Origin: Deltaproteobacteria bacterium
GTDB taxonomy: Bacteria > Desulfobacterota > GWC2-55-46
NCBI GenBank assembly: GCA_021825035.1
Contig: JAKAIQ010000001.1
Coordinates: 1 to 35,094, forward strand
Direction: 5' to 3'
DNA: 35,094 bases
The stretch's first letter is position 1, and the number at the start of each line of letters is the position of its first letter. The translations under genes were made by a program, and so were the position numbers. Shown here one piece after another: positions 24,771 to 30,695 of the stretch. Under the pieces are notes generated by a model. It was not told the DNA's origin. It searched no databases and saw only the letters and a list, made by a program, of their open reading frames with translations.

Positions 24771-24939
24771 CGGTATTTCACGATTAGCCAGTATTAAGTT
24801 TTTAGTGCCGCCTGCGTTTACGGTTTTTATGCGGCATGGCTCAGGTCGCTACCACTCACTCTTTTCATCGTGCAGCAATTTCATCCGTCGTGGATGCGCT
24901 TTGACGCTATCGTGGCCCCTCAGTGACCATGCCGAAATA

Positions 24940-25077
24940 TTAGAGCTCGCTTACCTGATAACTTCTCTCCGCCTTGAATTTTAAAGGCACGCCGTTCGCC
25001 ACATGAATCGTCAGCGTACCGTTCCAGCCAGGTATAAAAAACTTCTTACTAAGAAAAGCAAAAAGTTTGTCGGCCAT
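24940..25077 (-). CDS. possible 45-aa peptide
   Basis: Own translation MADKLFAFLSKKFFIPGWNGTLTIHVANGVPLKFKAERSYQVSEL*; ATG directly follows the upstream stop. Confidence 0.3.
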   Translation of the reverse strand: MADKLFAFLSKKFFIPGWNGTLTIHVANGVPLKFKAERSYQVSEL

Positions 25078-25203
25078 TTACTCAGCCCACGGCCTTTCCT
25101 GCTCGGTTAATTCGCCCCCGCAAAGCGGGCACTCGTCATGTTCTTGCCGCAAGACTTGCAGGTGTAAGTCATGGTGCTCCGTTTCATAATAAGAGTGCCA
25201 CAT
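25078..25203 (-). pseudogene. zinc-ribbon peptide split across two frames
   Basis: One frame reads MTYTCKSCGKNMTS.... The -1 frame reads ...EHDECPLCGGELTEQERPWAE*. Each frame carries one CxxC half. Confidence 0.35.
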
Positions 25204-25206
25204 CTG

Positions 25207-25548
25207 TCAAGCTCCAAAAGGGAGCGCGGTCTGCCGAGGGTCTATTTCCCTGATTTCTCTGCCGTTTTCCTTTGCTTCCTGGATGATGGACATCTTCTCG
25301 TAAATCGTCTCTGGACGCATTAACTCCCTGAGTCTTCCGGAAAGAGCCTTTGCCTTGCCAGTCAGAATCTCCTCCGCCTCAAGGTCGCCAGAGCCGTAAT
25401 GGACCTTTGCTCCGCCGCAGGAAGTGCTTGGGGCAAACGTGTAGTAGCTGTCCCCCAGGTCAACCGCCGCCCGGAGCGCCCGCCTCAATACCTCTATCTC
25501 GTCGCAAGAAAGGTCTACGAGCAATCCGCCTCCTTTAATATCTGCCAC
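25207..25548 (-). CDS. hypothetical protein (113 aa, GTG start)
   Basis: ORF track; weak SD. Confidence 0.55.
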   Translation of the reverse strand: MADIKGGGLLVDLSCDEIEVLRRALRAAVDLGDSYYTFAPSTSCGGAKVHYGSGDLEAEEILTGKAKALSGRLRELMRPETIYEKMSIIQEAKENGREIREIDPRQTALPFGA

Positions 25549-25661
25549 ACCTTTATTCGCCGGGTTAAAGGGCCGTCAGGTACCGGCCCCGCTCCCGGCT
25601 ATCTCAGTCCTCCGGCCCCATTCTTTAGCGCGCGCATTCAAACGGCGGGGAAAACTGAAAA

Positions 25662-27263
25662 TTAATCTGTCAGAACTCCAAACGTGCCGCGAGGCTCATT
25701 CAATCCCCTTGCAACTTCCCCGCGGGACCGCTTCACCGGGAACAATCTGGTCGCAACATATTGCAGACTGTCTTGTATGTCGGTGTATTTAGCGCCCGCC
25801 CCAGTCTTGTCGGGTGCATCCGCATACGTACCGCTATGCCCTCTCTCCGGGAAGGCGTATCCTCCCTCGAACCCATCTATCAGTCGGACGCAGGACGGGT
25901 CCACGAGAAAGGCGGGGTCGTCCTGGTTTATCATTCGAGGCTTCTTCCCTATTACGTTGCCCTTCTTGTCCAATTCAACATACCCGAGCCTGTTCGCCAC
26001 GCTCTCCCGCCGTATCTTGAACGTCTGTATCCCGTCCTCGATTGTAATAACCCGGTTATAATCACGCGCCTTGCCGGAAATATAATCGGCAGGACTCTTC
26101 TTATTGCTATCCCTATTCTTGCCAGCCGGGTCACCAATGTGGCGGTACGTACATCCTTCCGGGAGGTTGGCATCGCACCAAAGGATCAACGTTTCAGTAG
26201 CCGAAGTTATGCCCTCATCAAAGAAGGTGAACTCCTTGAAAACACACCACTGTCCGATGTTGTTTATGTAACTCAATGAGATGGCTGGGTGAAGACCCGT
26301 ATTATCCCATCCAACGATAATCTGCACCTTGCGTTCAGGCAAGAGCGAATAAGGAGATACGTGTATCCGACGGTCAAACTCCGGGTAAACCTGCTGCCCA
26401 CGAATGGTCACGCCCCATTCGCCACGCACCAGGGTCTGGAGCAGGTCCGGCCTGTCGGCGTAGTCCTTTTCAAGGTCTGAGTAGTAGTCAGGAGATAAGT
26501 TGTGGGCGTTCTCGGCCTGCCCCTGTTCGTAGATAGCGTATCCGTCTATTGGATTGGCCACGAAGTCTCGGTACAGCCAATGCTCGCGGTCTGGGTAGTT
26601 GGATGTTAGCTCGGTCTGTGGAGGCGTCAGGTACGGTGTGAATTTCTCCTCGTCAACCAGGTGCCTGTATCTATCGGGGTCAAAACCGCGCCACCCATCT
26701 CGCTCGAACTGCACCCAATCCTTCAGGGAAAGATAATAGCGCGGGTCGGATTTGTCGTATATCTTCTGTGAAGGAAAGCGCTTTGTCCTACCAAGGACTC
26801 CCTTGAAAACACTATTTCCTATCTCACGCGCCTCTTCTATCCATGCGCCGGTAAGCTCCAGCGAAAGAAGATTGCGCACATCCTTGTCATCATCCAGGCC
26901 CCGGAACATTATCTCTATCTCCCGGTCCTCTATCTTCATCAGGTATATGCGCTGCGTTTCCTTGTAAACTCCGAAAATGGACGGAGGATACCAGTCCAGA
27001 AAAGTCTTAATGACCGTATCCTTCAGCATCGGTATAGTATTTCTGACTATGGCGAACCTGGAACGCCTGATTCCCTCCCTGTCAGGCTTTATGCGCTTCG
27101 ACTGGAGCATTACCATGTCATAGCCAGCACTCGTTGTCTTCCCGGTTCCGAATACGCCTATAAGGAACTTCACGCGGCTCCTGATGTCAGCATGAAACTT
27201 TAGCGCAACGGGACCGCAGTTGTATTTTAAGACGTATGGCTTCGGCTTTCTCGAAGGTGCCAT
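25662..27263 (-). CDS. terL: terminase large subunit
   Basis: Walker A GVFGTGKTT, Walker B-like AWIEEA, and nuclease-half motifs IVGWDNTG and HIGDPAG; 533 aa. Confidence 0.9.
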   Translation of the reverse strand: MAPSRKPKPYVLKYNCGPVALKFHADIRSRVKFLIGVFGTGKTTSAGYDMVMLQSKRIKPDREGIRRSRFAIVRNTIPMLKDTVIKTFLDWYPPSIFGVYKETQRIYLMKIEDREIEIMFRGLDDDKDVRNLLSLELTGAWIEEAREIGNSVFKGVLGRTKRFPSQKIYDKSDPRYYLSLKDWVQFERDGWRGFDPDRYRHLVDEEKFTPYLTPPQTELTSNYPDREHWLYRDFVANPIDGYAIYEQGQAENAHNLSPDYYSDLEKDYADRPDLLQTLVRGEWGVTIRGQQVYPEFDRRIHVSPYSLLPERKVQIIVGWDNTGLHPAISLSYINNIGQWCVFKEFTFFDEGITSATETLILWCDANLPEGCTYRHIGDPAGKNRDSNKKSPADYISGKARDYNRVITIEDGIQTFKIRRESVANRLGYVELDKKGNVIGKKPRMINQDDPAFLVDPSCVRLIDGFEGGYAFPERGHSGTYADAPDKTGAGAKYTDIQDSLQYVATRLFPVKRSRGEVARGLNEPRGTFGVLTD

Positions 27264-27279
27264 TACTTATCCCTCGGAA

Positions 27280-27630
27280 TCATAAAAGCTTGCAAAGGTG
27301 CTCTACTGTTTCCTCGTTTGCCTGCTCAATCTCGTCCTCTATGGCATAACGAGAATTGCCAATAATGTAAAGCCTGCCAGTCAAAAGGTGGATAACCTCA
27401 TGTTTAGCCGTATGGTCAAGCTCTGCCTCAGTAATCGGGTGCTTCCCCCATTTGTCGGAAAGGTGAATCGACGCCTGAGCACCCTTGTAATGGAATCGGC
27501 AACAAGCCTTAGAACCCTCCAGCGAATCGCCGTGAATAATGCTTATCCCCCACGCGGTTATCTTGAACTTCTCGATATAGTGCAGGCACCGCTCTCGGAA
27601 ATAATAGAAGTCCTTTTTGCTCGTCTTCAT
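27280..27630 (-). CDS. small HExxH-motif protein (minimal Zn-metallopeptidase-like)
   Basis: 116 aa with TAKHEVIHLL; directly upstream of terL. Confidence 0.6.
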   Translation of the reverse strand: MKTSKKDFYYFRERCLHYIEKFKITAWGISIIHGDSLEGSKACCRFHYKGAQASIHLSDKWGKHPITEAELDHTAKHEVIHLLTGRLYIIGNSRYAIEDEIEQANEETVEHLCKLL

Positions 27631-27840
27631 TCCGCACCCCAGGCCAAGTGGTAAACCGGTTCGAACATATCAATCCTATTCCTACCATTGAAATCTCAGC
27701 CAAAATAAATTATCTCCAAAAACCCTTTGGCTAAAAAATTCCCCCCCAAAAAAAATCTGGACACCACCCCTAAAAAATATGGCCACACTTTCCGAGACAG
27801 GGAGATTATACGATATTCATCGCCGCCTTGCCCCGCCTAT

Positions 27841-27863
27841 GGGAGGGGTGGTGGGGGGTGGGG
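27841..27863 (+). other. G-quadruplex-capable G-tract block that competes with a hairpin
   Basis: GGGAGGGGTGGTGGGGGGTGGGG. TGGGAGGG (27840-27847) is complementary to CCCTCCCA (27867-27874). Confidence 0.5.
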
Positions 27864-27905
27864 TAGCCCTCCCACCTCTACCCATGCCCCAAATAGTCCC
27901 CCACG

Positions 27906-28172
27906 TTATCCAAAATACCCTTGTGGATAACTTTGCCTGTGGATAACTTGCCATTCCTATTAAGAGTTCCACGGTTTTCAATCCGCGAGTCGGCTTGCGA
28001 TTCAATGGCTTACAAGCAATGTTCCACGAGAGTTGACATAATACATGTTATGTGACTGCCGTTTATTTTCCTTTTGCTTTACAATGGGTTGATTGTTTGA
28101 GGTGTACCGCTTACCGCTCCCTGTGGATAACAATAAGCGCGTTTTGCCTCTATCTCGTCCGGGTTATCCACA
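27906..28172. promoter_or_regulatory. DnaA-box cluster (4 perfect, 1 one-mismatch)
   Basis: TGTGGATAA at 27922-27930, 27938-27946 and 28122-28130. TTATCCACA at 28164-28172. TTATCCAAA at 27906-27914. An AT-rich stretch lies at about 28033-28100. Confidence 0.7.
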
Positions 28173-28238
28173 GGCACCCTGGGTATCCAGCACCTCAGCC
28201 CGTTGGCGACAGTGCAGGCTATGCGTTTATTGCAGTCC

Positions 28239-28760
28239 TCAGTCCCGCTCTTGCGGCAGGTGTTGCATTCTCGATGTATTGTCATTTGTGATGTCGATTG
28301 GATCATCTACGTTTGAGACCACGGCTACTCCGCCGGTATGCTCGACCTCTACCCTGTCGGCGGGGTAGTCGCCGCATAATTTTGCGAGTTCCTTTGCCGC
28401 TGCAAGTTGCAACTGCCCGTCATCATAGATTTTTTCGTCCGTTATGATGCCTTTATCGGTAGCAGTTACTACTTTTTTTGCATCCGTGAGGGCTACAAAT
28501 TTGGCGATACGCATGCCCTCTGGCATACCGAGTTGGGCGGCTAATCGCTGATTCCGCCTCCTGATGTCCTCAATCGTTCCGTTTTCTCGCAGTTCCCTCG
28601 CGATTTGATAAGCTGTTGATTTTGTTGAGCCGTCTGAGTACCCTGCAAGAGGCGCAGCTTCGGAGACTGGCAATCCTTGGGCGAGTAATTTTGCGAATTC
28701 TCTACGATTTTTATTAAGGGGTCTTTTTTTTAGGCGGGGTTGTTTAGGCTGGTTTTTCAC
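28239..28760 (-). CDS. terS: terminase small subunit (candidate, HTH-type N-domain)
   Basis: REFAKLLAQGLPVSEAAPLAGYSDGSTKSTAYQIARELRENGTIEDIRRR resembles small-terminase DNA-binding domains. GTG start with AAAGGAG SD. First gene of the late block. Confidence 0.6.
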   Translation of the reverse strand: MKNQPKQPRLKKRPLNKNRREFAKLLAQGLPVSEAAPLAGYSDGSTKSTAYQIARELRENGTIEDIRRRNQRLAAQLGMPEGMRIAKFVALTDAKKVVTATDKGIITDEKIYDDGQLQLAAAKELAKLCGDYPADRVEVEHTGGVAVVSNVDDPIDITNDNTSRMQHLPQERD

Positions 28761-28844
28761 CGTGTTCTCCTTTCGGCGTAACTTTTTGAGTTTTACCCCA
28801 AACGAAGAGGAATCTCAAGAGGTTTTTCGCAGGTTATGTATTTT

Positions 28845-28888
28845 CATACTCCCTACATACTCCCTACATACTCCCTACATACTCCCTA
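28845..28888. repeat. four perfect tandem copies of the 11-mer CATACTCCCTA
   Basis: Units at 28845, 28856, 28867 and 28878. The 11-bp period equals one helical turn. Confidence 0.95.
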
Positions 28889-28895
28889 TAGGGAG
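28882..28895. repeat. perfect 14-bp palindrome CTCCCTATAGGGAG
   Basis: Self-complementary; its left half is the end of the last 11-mer. Confidence 0.95.
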
Positions 28896-28903
28896 ATATA
28901 GAA

Positions 28904-28957
28904 GGGTAAGGGTAAGGGTAAGGGTAAGGGTAAGGGTAAGGGTAAGGGTAAGGGTAG
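28904..28957 (+). repeat. hexanucleotide microsatellite (GGGTAA)x8 plus GGGTAG
   Basis: Eight perfect units at 28904-28951. Nine G3 tracts with 3-nt loops are G-quadruplex-capable. Confidence 0.95.
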
Positions 28958-29209
28958 AGAGAGTATGAGAGAGAAGGGGAGTTCCGCCTCTCGTTTTGCC
29001 AGATAATCTTTTGCTGTCAATTTCTTCTCGTGAAGCCCTTTATTTTCAACAATCCCGTTTTTAAGGCATCTACTTTGCCCGCTGTTGCGTTTTTGCCCTC
29101 TACCCGCCACTCCGCCATTCTTTTATTGCCGTTTGTCCAGCCTTGCCTCTCCTGCTTCGCCAGGGATGTATTTCCATCGGCTTGGAGAGATGTCAATTAC
29201 CCCGGCGTC

Positions 29210-29374
29210 TTAGGTATTAAAAAAGGCCCCGTCGCCGGGGCCTGAAAGGTAAGGAATGGTTATTGCGCGCACACCATCGAGTATCAGCTCGCGCAGGGAT
29301 TGCCCCCGCTCGCGGGCCACGCGCTGAGCGTCGGCCCACAGGTCGGCGGGGAGGTACGGGCCTGAGGGAATAGG
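29210..29374 (-). pseudogene. start-less duplicate of the ribbon-helix-helix C-terminal domain of the 29391-29702 gene
   Basis: Own translation LPADLWADAQRVARERGQSLRELILDGVRAI versus IPADLWADAQRMARKRRQSLRELILDGIRSI. The frame is opened by a TAA with no ATG/GTG/TTG after it. Its 3' end is the terminator hairpin. Confidence 0.55.
29219..29242 (-). terminator. intrinsic terminator of the leftward regulatory operon
   Basis: Minus-strand GGCCCCG-GCGA-CGGGGCC followed by TTTTTT. Confidence 0.75.
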
Positions 29375-29390
29375 TTACGCGATCGTAGAT

Positions 29391-29702
29391 TTATCCATTT
29401 TTCGCCTGTATTATTGAGCGGATGCCATCAAGGATTAACTCGCGGAGAGATTGTCGCCGCTTACGGGCCATGCGCTGTGCATCGGCCCACAGGTCAGCGG
29501 GTATATCCCGGAGCAGGTAATCCCCCGCGCCCTCGCGGAGCATCCGGCGCGCTATGTGCATCGCGTTTACCGGCTTGCCCTCGGCCCTCAGCCTCTCAAT
29601 CTCCTGGCGTACATCTACCTGGCAGTTGCGGCAAAGGATTGTCCCACCAATACTGTAGCCGCCCTCTATCGGTTTGCCACAAGCATCACAATATTTGCTC
29701 AT
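29391..29702 (-). CDS. Zn-ribbon plus ribbon-helix-helix (CopG/Arc-like) DNA-binding protein, candidate transcriptional regulator
   Basis: N-terminal CDACGKPIEGG...CRNC. The C-terminal IPADLWADAQRMARKRRQSLRELILDGIRSI fits the RHH pattern. Confidence 0.65.
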   Translation of the reverse strand: MSKYCDACGKPIEGGYSIGGTILCRNCQVDVRQEIERLRAEGKPVNAMHIARRMLREGAGDYLLRDIPADLWADAQRMARKRRQSLRELILDGIRSIIQAKNG

Positions 29703-30202
29703 TATGCAACCTCCTTTTTTGCATTAAGATTACGGGCTACCTGCATCGCCATAGAGGCCAACGGCGAGTTATCAACCCTGACTGTTTGTACCCCGGCATC
29801 CATAAGCTTGCGGATAATTGCCGTTATTGCCTCCGCATCATCGGTAATATCATCGGGAATCTTAATCATCCATGCCTTGCGCGGGCGGCTCATGCCGAGT
29901 ATATCTCCTTGCGGGATATACTCGCCCCACTTACACCCGGCAGCCTTAAGGGCCTCCTTAATGGAGTATGTATCTCCCTTTGTAATCGCCAGATACGCGC
30001 CGCCGGAAAAGGCGTTGTAAATCAATTCCGCCGTTACTATTTCAGATTTGGCTTGTGCCTGCATCTTAGCCCTATAGCACTCTGGGCATATCTTGTTGCG
30101 CTCAAGCCACTCGATACGGCGTTCACGCTCCTTGCCCTGGCCGAACAGTTGCTCCTCGTAAGAGCCGTGCCCACATGCATAACTGATTGTGTACTTTGCC
30201 AT
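29702..30202 (-). CDS. hypothetical Zn-ribbon protein (166 aa)
   Basis: YACGHGSYEEQLFGQGKERERRIEWLERNKICPECY. AAGGGAGGG SD. First gene behind the near-consensus promoter. Confidence 0.7.
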   Translation of the reverse strand: MAKYTISYACGHGSYEEQLFGQGKERERRIEWLERNKICPECYRAKMQAQAKSEIVTAELIYNAFSGGAYLAITKGDTYSIKEALKAAGCKWGEYIPQGDILGMSRPRKAWMIKIPDDITDDAEAITAIIRKLMDAGVQTVRVDNSPLASMAMQVARNLNAKKEVA

Positions 30203-30233
30203 TTTGTCCCTCCCTTGTTAATTGATAATCAAG

Positions 30234-30262
30234 AGTATATCGCGTGATAATCAAGTTGTCAA
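30234..30262 (-). promoter_or_regulatory. sigma70-type promoter TTGACA-17-TATACT with two palindromic operators and an A/T-rich upstream element
   Basis: -35 at 30257-30262 and -10 at 30234-30239. Operators are TTGATAATCAA at 30222-30232 and TGATAATCA at 30245-30253. The A/T-rich tract spans 30266-30297. Confidence 0.7.
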
Positions 30263-30451
30263 GGGATTTTTATAAAAAAATGAAAAAAAGTGAAAATAGG
30301 GGGTGAGGGAGTATTGAGCATTATCTGGACGACCGGCCTCCGGTCGGCCGATGCCACAAGGGGGTTGACTTGAGCGTTTTCGCTGCGCACTTGCGCTTTA
30401 TAGCGCACCATGAGCGGCACTATAGAGTTTGATAACCTGCGCTTTATCAGC

Positions 30452-30480
30452 TTGAAGCAAAATATTTTCTATTCTAACAT
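30452..30480 (+). promoter_or_regulatory. candidate rightward early promoter TTGAAG-17-TAACAT
   Basis: Each hexamer matches 4/6. The TGATAA-N8-TTATCA inverted repeat (30430-30449) abuts the -35. Confidence 0.35.
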
Positions 30481-30593
30481 CCTGATTTAATTCAATTTGC
30501 AATCATTGTGCAAACGCTATAGTTATAGGCTGGCATAATTATAGCATGGCATAAACAGCAAGTGGCGAAAAAAAGCAAGGGGAAAAATTAAAG

Positions 30594-30695
30594 ATGTTCA
30601 GGATCGAGCTAAGGGGCAAGCGGTTTCTGGTTACTTTGGGGGAGTTGATAAGGCTCCAGGGCAAGGGTCTTTCTTACAGTTTCGTAATATATTAA
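30594..30695 (+). CDS. possible 33-aa leader peptide
   Basis: Own translation MFRIELRGKRFLVTLGELIRLQGKGLSYSFVIY*; distant AAGGGG SD. Confidence 0.2.
   Translation: MFRIELRGKRFLVTLGELIRLQGKGLSYSFVIY

Noticed and set aside
27727-27930. 67-aa plus-strand ORF across the homopolymer and G-rich region (also 28079-28306 on the minus strand and 28052-28368 on the plus strand)
   Set aside because: It has a TTG start and a low-complexity Pro/Gly/Lys product. It overlaps the DnaA boxes and G-tracts and has no SD.
28033-28084. Plus-strand promoter hexamers TTGACA (28034-28039) and TACAAT (28079-28084) in the gap
   Set aside because: The hexamers are about 39 nt apart, so they do not form one promoter. 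No plus-strand gene lies downstream. The AT-rich stretch is more plausibly an unwinding element between the DnaA boxes.
28872-28899. Resemblance of ACTCCCTATAGGGAGA to the T7-type single-subunit RNAP promoter core (ACTCACTATAGGGAGA, 15/16). TATAGAAG and CACTATAGA at 28897 and 30420 are SP6-like
   Set aside because: There is no match in the -17 to -11 specificity region and no phage RNAP gene in the window. The other TATAG sites share no upstream consensus. The match is part of a palindrome, which fits a dimeric-protein site equally well. It is worth re-checking only if an ssRNAP gene exists elsewhere in the element.
28845-28957. Possible CRISPR mini-array
   Set aside because: The repeats are 11 and 6 bp long and directly abut one another with no spacers. 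No cas genes are present.
28904-28957. Telomere-like repeat implying a linear replicon with eukaryote-type ends
   Set aside because: The unit GGGTAA (TAAGGG) is not the TTAGGG family. The tract is internal to the window and flanked by unique sequence on both sides.
28762-29110. ORFs translating the microsatellite as (RV)n (plus strand) or (PL)n (minus strand)
   Set aside because: These reading frames exist only because a hexamer repeat cannot contain a stop. They have no SD, use non-ATG starts, and the surrounding DNA is otherwise non-coding.
29262-29500. Diversity-generating retroelement template/variable repeat pair (also considered for the shared module at 14222-14392 and 18171-18332)
   Set aside because: Differences between the copies are not adenine-specific, identity is too low, and no reverse transcriptase or Avd-like gene is in the window.
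30222-30253. Fur-box resemblance of TGATAATCA operators
   Set aside because: Only 10-11 of the 19 Fur-box positions match once the flanks are included. The sites are better explained as palindromic operators for the adjacent RHH regulator.
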